DNA from: Pecten maximus
Lineage: Eukaryota
Length of the DNA stretch: 64,000 nucleotides
Direction: 5' to 3'
Assembly (NCBI RefSeq): GCF_902652985.1
Contig: NC_047027.1
Location: forward strand, 37,138,001-37,202,000
Part shown: positions 51,500 through 64,000 of the stretch, in pieces
Layout: every line of letters begins with the position of its first letter
Position numbering within the stretch: position 1 is the first letter of the stretch
Notes under the pieces: model-generated
The model's input: only the letters and a program-made list of their open reading frames with translations
The model's database searches: none
What the model was told of the DNA's origin: nothing
Translations under genes and position numbers: made by a program

Positions 51500-51590
51500 A
51501 CTCGTGCCTTGACTGGGCCTCGAACTCACAATCTACCGCACCTAATCGCCTAGCCAGAAATACCCACAGCTTATACCATTGTGCCATATC
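51500..51590 (-). mobile_element. tRNA-derived SINE head fragment of a different family
   Basis: TGGCACAATGG A-box-like and GAGTTCGAGGC B-box-like motifs. Confidence 0.45.
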
Positions 51591-51829
51591 CACATTTTTA
51601 AATACATCTGATGTCCCCAAAATATATAAAAATGAATATGTAGTTCCCCAGAATTTCTGTATATCATAAATACATGCTTAATGTAGTCAACAAATCAGAT
51701 CACACCGACGAAATAATAGTACATAAGTACAATAGAATTTAGATCTTTTCAAATTTTAACAATATTAATATCCTTCCAACCAAATCATAAAATTAATGAC
51801 ACACTTACAAGAACAAGGTGTTCTACAAA

Positions 51830-53510
51830 TTTGGGCTGGTCTACAAGAGTACAGCTAGTCTACAAGTTGTGAGCTGGCCAACAAGATCAGGGCTGGTTCA
51901 TGATTTCATTGCTTGTCTACAAGTTCACAGTTGATCTATTAGTTTAAGAGCTGGTCTACAAGTTCACAGTTGATCTACAAGTTTAGAGCTGGTCTACAAG
52001 TTCACAGTTGATCTATTAGTTTAGAGCTGGTCTATACAAGTTCACAGTTGATCTATTAGTTTAGAGCTGGTCTACAAGTTCACAGTTGATCTATAAGTTT
52101 AGAGCCGGTCTACAAGTTCACAGTTGATCTATTAGTTTAGAGCTGGTCTACAAGTTCACAGTTGATCTACAAGTTTAGAGCTGGTCTACAAGTTCACAGT
52201 TGATCTATTAGTTTACAGCTGGTCTACAAGTTCACAGTTGATCTATTAGTTTAGAGCTGGTCTACAAGTTCACAGTTGATCTACAAGTTTAGAGCTGGTC
52301 TACAAGTTCACAGTTGATCTACAAGTTTAGAGCTGGTCTACAAGTTCACAGTTGATCTATTAGTTTAGAGCTGGTCTACAAGTTCACAGTTGATCTATTA
52401 GTTTAGAGCCGGTCTACAAGTTCACAGTTGATCTATTAGTTTACAGCTGGTCTACAAGTTCACAGTTGATCTATTAGTTTAGAGCCGGTCTACAAGTTCA
52501 CAGTTGATCTATTAGTTTAGAGCTGGTCTACAAGTTCACAGTTGATCTACAAGTTTAGAGCTGGTCTACAAGTTCACAGTTGATCTATAAGTTTAGAGCT
52601 GGTCTACAAGTTCACAGTTGATCTATTAGTTTAGAGCTGGTCTACAAGTTCACAGTTGATCTATTAGTTTGAGCCGGTCTACAAGTTCACAGTTGATCTA
52701 TAAGTTTAGAGCTGGTCTACAAGTTCACAGTTGATCTACAAGTTTAGAGCTGGTCTATACAAGTTCATAGCTGGTCTATCACTTCAGGACTGAACTACAA
52801 GTTCATAGCTGTTCTTTGTGAGTTTAGGGCTTGTCTACGCTGGTCTACAAACTCAGAGATTCCAGGTCTATGAGTGCAGAGCTGGTCTACGCTGGTCTGC
52901 AAGCTCAGAGATTCCAGGTCTATGAATGCAGGGCTGGTCTACACTGGTCTGCAAGCTCAGAGATTCCAGGTCTATGAATGCAGGGCTGGTCTACACTGGT
53001 CTACAAACTCAGAGATTCCAGGTCTATGAATGCAGGGCTGGTCTACAGTGGTCTAAAAGCTCAGAGCTTCTAGGTCTATGAGTGCAGGGCTGGTCTACGC
53101 TGGTCTGCAAGCTCAGAGATTCCAGGTCTATGAATGCAGAGCTGGTCTACACTGGTCTACAAACTCAGAGATTCCAGGTCTATGAATGCAGAGCTGGTCT
53201 ACACTGGTCTACAAACTCAGAGATTCCAGGTCTATGAATGCAGAGCTGGTCTACACTGGTCTACAAACTCAGAGATTCCAGGTCTATGAATGCAGGGCTG
53301 GTCTACAGTGGTCTGCAAGCTCAGAGCTTCTAGGTCTATGAATGCAGGGCTGGTCTATGCTGGTCTACAGGCTCAAAGCTTCCAGGTCTATGAGTGCAGG
53401 GCTGGTCTACGCTGGTCTTAAAGCTCAGAGATTCCAGGTCTATGAATGCAGGGCTGGTCTATGCTGGTCTACAGGCTCAAAGCTTCCAGGTCTATGAATG
53501 CAGGGCTGAT
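51830..53510. repeat. composite satellite: 38-bp array (2 x 19 bp) followed by a 52-bp array
   Basis: ctggtctacaagttcacagttgatctattagtttagag (51915-52770); ctggtctacactggtctacaaactcagagattccaggtctatgaatgcagag (52830-53510). Confidence 0.93.
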
Positions 53511-54414
53511 CGTCTACCACCTCAAGTTCACAGCAGGTCTTCAAGAACTCAATCAGAACCATTCTTCAAGCTGGTCTACATTCATATCTGGTCTATAAGC
53601 TGACCTCCAAATTCAAAGCTGGTCTAAGATTTCTAAGAAGCTCCAGCACCAGCAGACACTGGAATAAAACTCAACCCATTGTGAGTCTTATATATATACT
53701 AAATCACCCACATATATGAGACATGGATAGCTTGGTCTTTGTCACTTCCTCTAGATCTACAAACATCCCACTGGACTGATGAATAGCATTGAAAGTTGTT
53801 TTATATACTTACACGTGCACCTACAACCTAAGAGTAACAAATGATCAGATGGTATGTATGCCTGAAATGGCCTGGACATTTCCCGCCTCCCCGGACCCTA
53901 CCATACCAGCATGGGGAATTTTATTAAAGAAATGATTTTTTTTTTGTTTTTTTGTTTTTGTTTTTTTGTTTTTTCTTATTTTTTTTTTTTTTTTTTTAAT
54001 TTATCAGCTTTGTTAACTTCAATTCATTAAAATCACCAGTTCAATTTCTTAAATATTCTTTAAATGTGTAACATTAAATCTGTTTTATAATTACATATAT
54101 AATTTTCTAGATTTTACAGTCAAGTATTGATCATTCCAAGTTGAATCTAATTAAGTTTGGAATTTCGTCATGACAGTAAAAAGAATTTGTTTAATCAGAC
54201 TTGAAGCCTGTAATGCTTTGTACAGGAAAATTACACATTGTGTACATATGTGTATATACCATGTATATATATATATATGGCTTTGTAATGCAATCTCGGA
54301 AATACCAGCTACAAATCAGGAAGTATTTCTATGTACAAATTTCTACACAAAATAATCGTAATAAGAAACGGAAAATCACAACGGATATTAGTCATTGAGA
54401 TTGACCAGCTGAAC

Positions 54415-54570
54415 CATTGTGATGCCATGAAGATCTGTCACCAAACACGAGAATCTTGTGATAGATTATAGTGATGCCATGAAGATCCGTCACCGAACAC
54501 GAGAATCTTGTGATAGTTTATAGTGATGCCATGACGATCCGTCACCGAACAAGAGAATCATGTGATGGTT
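54415..54570. repeat. ~54-bp tandem repeat x3
   Basis: gtgatgccatgaagatccgtcaccgaacacgagaatcttgtgatag. Confidence 0.85.
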
Positions 54571-54737
54571 TATCATAACTCTTAATTGTTTATCATATAT
54601 TTTATTACGCTTCATCACAATATTTTCAACATCAAATTCATGCAAGTTCAACAAAAAGTCTTGCTGGGTCAACTTGAATTTAAACAAACTATAATGACGA
54701 AGCACGTGATTTAGTCACATACAAAGTTTACAGCGCT

Positions 54738-54956
54738 TTTGGTTTGGTTTGTTTTTGTTTAACATCCTATTAACAGCCAGGGTCATTTAGGGACGTGCCA
54801 GGTTTTGGAGGTGGAGGAAAGCCGGGGTACCCGGAGAAAAACCACCGGCCTACGGTCAGTACCTGGCAACTGCCCCACGTAGGTTTCGAACTCGCAACCC
54901 AGAGGTGGAGGGCTAGTGATAAAGTGTCGGGACACCACTCTGCCACCGCGGCCCCC
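54738..54956 (-). mobile_element. tRNA-derived SINE
   Basis: Same family; small deletion in the head. Confidence 0.9.
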
Positions 54957-55074
54957 GTTTACGAGGCAGTCACTAGTCTGACAATATGTGACATCAGAGG
55001 TCTCTCTAAGAGACAATACTGTCATACCCATTTCTGATATATTATCATGATGAAAAGGTCAGGGGTCAACTGCC

Positions 55075-55210
55075 CGGCCACATGGGTTTTCTACAGGTAT
55101 TTCGGTTTCCTACCACACTTAAAGACCTCTTGTGTGCTTCCATCCGGGCCATCAAGCGTGATTAATATATGTTGTTTCAATTCGCCATTGTAGTTAAATA
55201 GATAAAGTCT
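55075..55210 (+). mobile_element. diverged fragment of a second V-core-like SINE
   Basis: gggttttctacaggtatttcggtttcctaccac resembles the V core but has a different tail. Confidence 0.45.
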
Positions 55211-55651
55211 ACATCTTTTTCTTTTAGATATATAATCAATCAAACATTTACAGCCTTCATACACTTTTCAGGTGTGACAAGATTCCAAACAGAATTGATG
55301 ATTGCGAGAGCAAATGGCAACAGGCTCAATATCAAAATAAAAATATTCATAAACAGCAGTAGAAACGAGCAATGATAAAAATATCATAAGACTCTCTAAT
55401 CTGACCCTTAAGCTGATTCCTTGAGTAATCCAATATACTCATACCATTTATATTACTACAGTTAAATATCAGCTGCTTCCTACCAGCTCAACTGGGGGTG
55501 GAATTTCTCTTTAGCTTGAACAGTATAGACCGTCAGACATGTAGGTCAGAGGGCCCTGATTTGATCCCTAATAGTGGAGGCAATGAAATATTAATAATCT
55601 GTCTGCTACATTAATGAAAACTACTAAATATAACCTCATTTAATCTGTCTT

Positions 55652-56036
55652 ATCTGTCCAATATTTTATGTGGTACAGTTATTAGACAGATTTCTCTGTA
55701 GTACACCCATCAAATCATTGTCAATATACCCCGGTACTAGTTGTCCAATATCTTATGTGGTGCAGCGTGGTGATTAGACAGATGTCGTACACCAATCATT
55801 TGTCAATATACCCCGGTACTAACTGTCCAATATTTTATGTGGTACAGTGATTAGACAGGTGTCTCTGTAGCACACCCATCAATTGTCAATATACCCCGGT
55901 ACAAATTGTCCAATATCTTATGTGGTACAGTGACTAGACAGGTGTCTCTTTAGTACACCAATCAAATCATTGTCAATATACCCCGTACTAATTAAAATAA
56001 TTGTCCAATATTTTATGAGGTACAAGACAGGTGTCT
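55652..56036. repeat. ~85-90-bp diverged tandem repeat x4-5
   Basis: tgtccaatattttatgtggtacagt...attgtcaatataccccggtac recurs. Confidence 0.85.
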
Positions 56037-56204
56037 AAATAGCTAGATACCAGTCAAATCAATGTATATTTACTTTTGTTCAATATATACCAGTGTCCAG
56101 AATCCAAATAAAAAAACCTACAGTTTACTGTGATACAACCAGGTAAACAGACAATAGCCAGTATCTCCACTAACACCCTGTGTACTGCATAGTGGCATAC
56201 TCAC

Positions 56205-56209
56205 CGCAT
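56205..56209 (-). CDS. candidate alternative first exon ending ATG CG|gtgagt (Met-Arg)
   Basis: aagaaaATGCG|gtgagt: A at -3, strong donor, phase 2. Confidence 0.4.
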
Positions 56210-58931
56210 TTTCTTGTCGGCAATCCTGTGTACCACAAAACAATCCAATACACATCAGTAAACACTCGTTAGAACAGGTAATCACCAAACGATCCAATAC
56301 ACAGGAGTAAACACTCGTTAGTACAGGTAATCACCAATCCATTTCAGGTAAGTGGTGAAACAGAGGAACATTGATCCATCTCCAATATCATACATGTATA
56401 ATTGTTACTTAAGGAGCAATATCAAAACGGGTAACTTAGAGGTCAGATGGAATCCATTCCCATTCGCATATTTTTTAAGAAGTGGTCAAAACAGGAGATT
56501 TGTCATCATACAGGTAAATTTTCTCCCGTTTCCAATCATCCTTTACTTTTGTAAATGTCAACACATCAGGGGTTGTGAATGGCGAGGCCAGGTATTAATT
56601 AGATAATACATTAATTAGTCATGATCGCACTGACTGGCCATATATCAGTCTCATTACATCTATACAAGATAGTACACCCCAGCATCCCGACACAAAATCA
56701 ACATCATTTTATACCGAATCTTTTAAATAAAACTTTGGTAGATCCCGTTTTATGGAAGACATCTGTCTTTTTTGTAGAATCATCTAATTATGATGACAAA
56801 TGTATTTTTTTGTCTGAATGCTCTGATCAATCTAGATTAAACATCTGCAGATTTCTGTCTCCAGACTCATCATCAAGCTTGATGATGAAGAGCATCTGTT
56901 GTTGGTCATGGTATATACACTTACAGTTTACTCAAACACATCTGGGTAATTCCCAATGTTTACACAACTGATCAGGTGAGCAGGACACCTTACCATCCCC
57001 AGTCTGACTATAATCCCCTGGGTCCAGCCGGTCAGTGGGAGGGTCAGTGGTCAGTCTAGCCAGGATCACAACCTGTACTGAATTGCCCTCTAGCCCAGGG
57101 AACACTGACAATCAGTACATCCCTGGAATGATGTCGAAGGGGACATGATGGGTTATGTATAAGAATAATCACTATGTATCAGAATAATCACAAGTCCAAA
57201 TTACTGGTCACTGGTCATCTCTTGGTCATTTTCGCTCCTGACATTGGTCAATACAAAGGGAGATAACTGTAATCCCAAAAAGGTCACTTTAGACAAACAC
57301 TTGAATCCACTCTCCGTCTCTGACACTGCATGAGAACTAAATAATTTTAAGGACCGGAGTTTCACATCAGATATGTTTTAGAAATCCTTCCTGTTACATA
57401 TGGTCACACTGGAAGGAAATGCTGGTCAACATAGCCAATCATATCACCAGAAGTACCTGTGGAGGTCATAGCAAGGAAAACCGCTAAAAATCTGTTAATT
57501 ACAGCAGAAACACCATAACACTGCTGTAAAAACTCTGTCCATCACACAGGTTCCTACTGGTGGTCATCTTCAGTCGGTCAGGGTCACTACAGCGGTCAAT
57601 CTCCAGGAAACAGTTCTACCATAATCACTGTTGTTACCCAGTGGTGATGGTAGTATAGTGTTATTATGGGGAACTCACCCTCTAGTAATGAGCACAGCAG
57701 CCGCAACAGGAAGCTGCCTGTACTTAGAGTCCATGTGCTAACATTTATAAGAGGTCCCAAGAGGAGCAAAAATCTCTGGGGGCCCACAAAGGGAGATTTA
57801 CAAAACATAACCACAAAAATATTATATAATTGGTAGATTTCTTTTTCAATTTTTTTTTTTTTTTTCAAAAATCAATTAAAGAAATCATGTTATATAACAA
57901 AACTTTTTTGAGATGATAGATTGAATGTTTGTGTATATGTGCTTTAAGACAAAAGTGGAATGCATAATATCTATGTATTTCAAACTTTTGTATAATAGGT
58001 AGTGTATTGCATGAAAGGTTGTTGAGGAGGAAAAAGCAATTAGCAGCACCCTGACTTTCTGTGACCATGTGTTACGGGTTACCAGCCACTCGGATGGAGA
58101 GGAAACCATTGTACTAGTAAATTATCTACTAATAGATGTCACTGTCTTGGTGAAGGAAGCTACCACAGGAACGAATTCACTGTTAATCATTTTAAGTTCT
58201 CAAGAAATTTAATTTGAATCAGGTGAAGTTTTCTAATTTAAACATCCCCCACTGTTTGACGATCTCCCGGTGAAGAACTACTGAATCAATCTGTAGAGGA
58301 TCTAGGAAATCAGTTTTGTACAGTAAAATATGCATAATGAGAATCTAAGAAAAATTTTAATAATAGAAATCTTTATGTAAGGATTTTCATAAATTTTCTT
58401 TGCCAGGTGACAAAAAAAACTAAAACCTACTGTCGATGTACTTAAATTTCAGTGCATCATCATCATTTTTCTTTCTTTACATATTAGTGCATGGATGAAT
58501 CAGCATTCACAGATCATTTCCTATATAGAAGCAGTATATAAAAACTATAATTAGCGCAATCAAATTTTAGCGCAACATTGACACCACAAAAATGTCCCTT
58601 AATTCAGTCCCTTGTAATAGCTACCAACAGATAAGAAAACCCATTTGCCACCAATGTATTAAGAACCATGCTGCTGTTCATTGTCATGACAACTGACAAG
58701 GTCAGGTTTGACACTATTTAGATAGAATATTCAATCTTCTACACTTTTTAGTGAAGTTTTTAAGGCAACATAAAACAGAGTGATACTTCGAGTTCAAATT
58801 CTTGGTTTAACCTTGAAACTCTTGATGGCTACTGTCCACATAATCGTTCGTCGTTCTAGTCGTGATGTATAGAATAGGAACCACCATCAGACACCATAAA
58901 ACATGCATCAGTAAAGTTTAATTGATCTCAG

Positions 58932-59145
58932 TTTGGTTTAGTTTATTTTGTTTAACGTCCTAATAACAGCCGGGGTCATTTAAGGACGTGCCAGGTTTGG
59001 AGGTGGAGGAAAGCCGGAGGACCCGGAGAAAAACCACCGGCCTACGGTCAGTACCTGACAGCTGCTCCACGTAGGTTTCGAACTCACAACCCAGAGGTAG
59101 AGGGCTAGTGATAAAGTGTCCGGACACCTTAACCACTCGGCCCCC
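58932..59145 (-). mobile_element. tRNA-derived SINE
   Basis: Same family. Confidence 0.9.
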
Positions 59146-59762
59146 TTTAACCTTTAATTAATCCAATAGCAACTCATATCAACATCTATTACAATCACAG
59201 TTGTGTTAGGAACGTCATAACTCCTAGTGTGATCTGAGAGAGTGATCTGAGAGACAAAATTTTCGCTAGTCAGCTTAAGGCTGTAATAGCAGATGGAAAC
59301 TTGTTAAATAAATATATGAATAAATGAAAAGATGTGATCTGTTGTAACAAGATCTTGATGTAGCATTCATTCATGTCAAATCCATGATGTCACATTCATA
59401 ACAGGAAAGAGAAACATCGTTGATGAAGCATATGATGCTTACCCTTCCTGAACACCTGGTCCATATCTCCTTGGCTTTTTCACCCATATCATGATCTATA
59501 TTTTGTTCATATCCTACTTTGCTCTTGTTTCATTTATTTTTAGTTGAAATTAAAATTTTGTTTTCACATCTCTATATGCACGTTGTTTTTGATGTTTGAG
59601 ACACAACTTCTTCCCAGAAATACAAATAACACTAATAGGCAATTTTGTATTTAAACAAATCTGATTTTTACAACAATACCATTTGACCTTTTGCTTCTTG
59701 TCCCTCCTGACCTTATGACCTCTTCACCCCTACATTAATCCTTCTTAAAAGATTTAACATAC

Positions 59763-59809
59763 CTTGACCGTCTCCGTGTCCACAGTGACAGCAGCCCTGC
59801 CCAGATCAT
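59763..59809 (-). CDS. candidate alternative first coding exon (MIWAGLLSLWTRRRS)
   Basis: acaagATG ... AAG|gtatgt, 47 nt, phase 2. Confidence 0.4.
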
Positions 59810-62800
59810 CTTGTACTGACCAATTGTGGCGGTCACTCAGGTGCCAAACAGTAGGTTTTGTTCACTCATGAAGCTGACTATAACTGATTACAAGTTTAAT
59901 TTCAAGTTCTTGATGATCACTTCCAAGATCCAGTCTCTATAGCACCGATTGGGAAAATGACCGGTTTTCCTCTTGTCACTGTGGTCAGACGTTAAGCTGA
60001 CCAATCATAAACAACAACGACAGCTATAATTGGTGACCTGCTTCCTTAACAAGACACTCAGACTGAGAGAATCACCACCTGTCTTTTTCTGTCTCCATAG
60101 ACAAAATAATTAACAGCTAGATTAATTAGTCCAAGACGAAATGTTTCGTTGATAAAATCTCCAATTATTCCAACACTGGTCAATATGTGTTACCATAGTG
60201 ACAGACAGTCTGCTTGTCGGACAGCTGATGGTCAGTCTGGTGAAGTGACCGTTGATCACCCTGAAGTTGATCACCCTGAAGTAAACATTTCCGGGTGTAC
60301 ACCATCTGCCTGGTGGTGGTAGATTTGTCAGCCGAGTCTACTGTAATGTACACTCTGGTGAAATCTTCCCTATCAATAATTCACACCCACTTCTGTCTCT
60401 GGAACAGTCCTACCATGTAACACAATTTCACTTTTTTCCCACAATAGATGTAAAACAGAAACAGCATCGACCAACAAAATCTAGCCACAGCTTTATGTAC
60501 ATAAACATGATCGACTTCCCTTGAGGATAAAACACTTTGCTAACATTTCTGATATCCTATACACAGAACATTCTACAGACAGAGTTTTGATCACATGGTC
60601 AGTAACGATTATCAATCTCTTCTGTGTATTTGGCCGTTATGGAAAAATCCAAGATCTTCCCAAACGTCCAGTTCCTTTCTGAATATTCTGGAAACATTCA
60701 TATATCAAAATTTTGGAGTTCTGACAATTTCCATGGTATGGAGGCAGGATATTCCCATCAGTGGTGGAATTTTTAAACAAATAATTATTTCAGCTGTTCC
60801 GAGGTCTATCAGAAACTATTTTCTTTTACCTGTTTCATCATAACTAAATGGAAATCTGACAATGACGTCTGTATCCTAACACATGATAGAGAATGAACTT
60901 ATATATATAATTAGTACCATGTAGAGGAAAAGGTCATTTGAAGGTCAAATTTTAAATTAGACCAGGTCAGCTTTCATGGACAATTAACATGTAATATTAC
61001 ATCTTTGTCTGATTTAGTTGCCATCAAAAATGACAATTACGATCCGGACAAAACTACTGACGTCCCATCTCCAATGACAAAAAAACATCGGCTGTTACTC
61101 CATGCATATATGTTTCGGCAACAGTTGTCTCCCCTCACAGTCACATGTGGCCGAATTGTTTACCAGTGTAAAGGAGATTGAGATGCCTTCCATTTGTCAT
61201 CGGTCAAAGGTCTGGTGTGAGGTGTGAATCGGACTAGTCATACCGGCCACTTCAGGCTAAATCATTGTAATAACATTTTATACATGTTAGGATGCTGTTG
61301 GTATCAACTGTGTGTGGTATTATTCCTAAAAACACTAAAATCTGAGTTCCACTAAATACTCGGTCAAATCAGGTCTTTCATTTCATTCAGCCAAAAGATT
61401 GTGATTTCATCCTCCAGCATGTCATCTGTAGAATTTTCCGGCGTTGTAATCCTTAGACACAGTATTGATATAATTCCTTTATAACGTCACGGAGAATACA
61501 TCACAAAATTAAACCATGAGTTACATGTTTGGTCATATTGTAGTATCTTCAAGACACTGACCAGCAGTGACCACTGACTGACCAGCAGAGATATCCCTTT
61601 CAGTAGTCAACAGACATCAACTAGCAGTGACACGATATATATCCTCTTCTTCAGTAGCTGATTTTATTATACATAACAACCTGTGGGACACTCCTGCGGA
61701 ACAGAAGTCACTGATATGCGACTAAGTCAGTGGTTTGAGATGTATACAGCCTGGAGGTCACCCTAGTGAGCGTGTATATGCGGTCATTTGGTCATCCCTG
61801 TGAGATACAGGCCTTGAGCTGCTACTGATGCTGGGGTGAGTCAGCAGCCCTTTATCAGCCGGCATGTTGAATCACAATAAACCTTTTATCTTCACAACCC
61901 TGGATCAATAACCCCCCCATTTAGCACAGTGAGCTCAACCAAATTACATTATCTGGGACGGTCCATTAAAATATCTGGGGATGTATAGGACCGAGTGTTA
62001 CAGACATTATGATGCAGTTTAGCCAGTCACAGAGGCATGATAAACCGGAGCTGTGAGATCAGAGAATTGACACATTTCAATGTTTTCCCGGTACTATAAC
62101 AACATTTAGGCAGCAGCCCAACTACTGTTGATTCCCAGATTTATGGACAGTTGAATCGCACTTATATGTACTATGGTGTTAAAAACGACATGATGCCAAA
62201 CCCTTTTTCACATACAAAAGATGACATTCATGTCAAGTTTCTCTTCTCATACAAAAGACTCATTTATATTATATTAATGGAAAAAACAGCACAGCACACA
62301 TCCAATTTCCAACATGATTGTTTTGAAAGTATGTCCACCAAAATTGGATCAAATACATACCCTGTATCTAGATAAAATCTGTTCATTTTACCCGAGACAA
62401 ATACTTGGGTGTGTATATATATATATTTATCTCGGTACAACAGGAAATTCAAATCTATATATATATATATATATATGTCAGTCATGATTGCATATATGTA
62501 GGAAAGAAAAAAATGCTGAAGGGGGGGGGGGGGGGGGGGGGGGCAGAGAGAGAGGAGGGGTGTGTCTAGGGGACTTCCCCAGCAGGGTTATAAAGGGCAG
62601 AAGTGAACATCAAAATTTTACAAGAAAGCGGAATTTCCCTTTAAAGCAGAAAATAATCATGTCTGATATGTAGGATTTTTTTTCCAAATCTGTGAGATCT
62701 ATTAAATTTTAATCTAGAAGATTTGTTTCTTTTTAAAACTAGTCTTTTTAATTTGTAGATTTTAAATCACTTTTAAAGAATCTGGGTTTTTTTTCTGAAG

Positions 62801-63264
62801 AAATCTCTAGAATTTTATTTTCAAACTGTTAAAATATGTTAATTAAATGTGCATGCCAAACTACAAATGTTAATTAGTGTAATAAATCAAAATCCAACTG
62901 CAGCACATAAAAGTATGTATTTTTTCATCTTGAGTATCTTTCATTGTCCCCAGGGTGTATTTCTTGGCAAATACGGTTAAGAAACGTACATCATAAACAA
63001 TGGGTTAGGATCTAAAGGACAAAATATCTGTAGAACATTTACGCGATAAGTAAACTTGTTTCCACAGTGTACTTCCCAGATGTATTTTGTATATTGATGC
63101 GGAGAATGTAGAATTTATTCCGTCAGAACGAGAAAGTCGGTGAAATGTTGGCTATTATATAAACAGTACCACCTGTAGCCAGCGAGGTCTCAGCCAACTC
63201 TACTGATCAAAGCTCAGAATTACTGGCCATTCCAGGATATCTTTTTAACTCCCAAAATATTAAT

Positions 63265-63510
63265 AATATTTAAACCTTTTCTCTTTCCTCAAGTTTAATA
63301 CTTGTATATTTAAACCTTCTTTCTTTCCTCAAGTTTAATACTTGTATATTTAAACTTTCTTTCTATCCTCGGGTTTAATACTTGTATATATTTAAACCTT
63401 CTTTCTTTACTCAAGTTTAATACTTATATATATTCAAACCTTCTTTCTTTCCTCAAGTTTAATACTTGTATATTTAAACCTTCTTTCTTTCCTCAGGTTT
63501 AATACTTGCC
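63265..63510. repeat. ~40-bp tandem repeat x6
   Basis: tatttaaaccttctttctttcctcaagtttaatacttgta. Confidence 0.85.
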
Positions 63511-64000
63511 TAATATACAAACATATATACAATTCAAAACTTAAAATCTTCCAGAAATCCTTCATAGATGTAAGATCTTTATTGCTGCTTCAGTTGAACT
63601 GAAAATCTGTTATAGTTAAAATCAGACATGTTTTCTTCTAACTTTTGGAAGACTGATATTTTGTTTTTTTTAAATCTCATATTTATATGAACACTGAGAA
63701 TTGGTGAGTTTGTGAAGTTTTCAATTTGTTGCACATACAATGATGCATTGGCAGGGATCACTCAAGATTTAATGGAATAAGTAAACGTCTCTATTTAGGG
63801 AAAAAATCTGGGGCTCCATTATATTATAGCAATTTTGTTTTTGATTTCATCTTGTTGAAAAAGATAAGCAACAGAAATGGTAATGCCCAAGTATTTCAGA
63901 TTATTGGCAATACATGTATAATTGATAAAGTTTTCATGGGGGGGGGGAATGAACTACCGGGTAGCTAGTCATTTGGGGAATTTTTCTAATTTGAAGGGGG

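Noticed and set aside
51915-52770. CRISPR-like array (gtttagagct resembles type II repeats)
   Set aside because: Head-to-tail repeats with no unique spacers, no cas genes, eukaryotic context
53810-53880. Further first-exon candidates (also 46340 and 56994)
   Set aside because: Donor-like sites but wrong phase or in-frame stops; could only be non-coding and are not supportable

Overview
AT-rich eukaryotic genomic DNA, most likely from a bivalve mollusc (inferred from the SINE and HINE families and the CR1-type tail). One large minus-strand gene dominates the window: an ARHGAP32/33 (PX-RICS/CdGAPr)-like Rho GTPase-activating protein with PX-like, SH3 and RhoGAP domains and a very long Ser-rich tail. 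I reconstructed 18 phase-consistent GT-AG coding exons from 45897 down to 15443 (about 2,580 aa), several candidate alternative first exons (49-60 kb) and a candidate ~6 kb 3' UTR ending near 9280. Introns and flanks hold six copies of a tRNA-derived SINE, a nested satellite/LINE/SINE insertion, hAT- and pogo-derived non-autonomous transposons, a Helentron-type HINE and many minisatellites. The most unusual feature is that four introns begin with tandem arrays whose unit spans the exon/intron junction, so the real 5' splice site is copied 3, 14, ~30 and ~65 times. In one array (87-bp unit) every copy is a complete AG-GT cassette with the same splice phases as the parent exon, separated by 29-nt spacers, which looks like a nascent mutually exclusive exon cluster.
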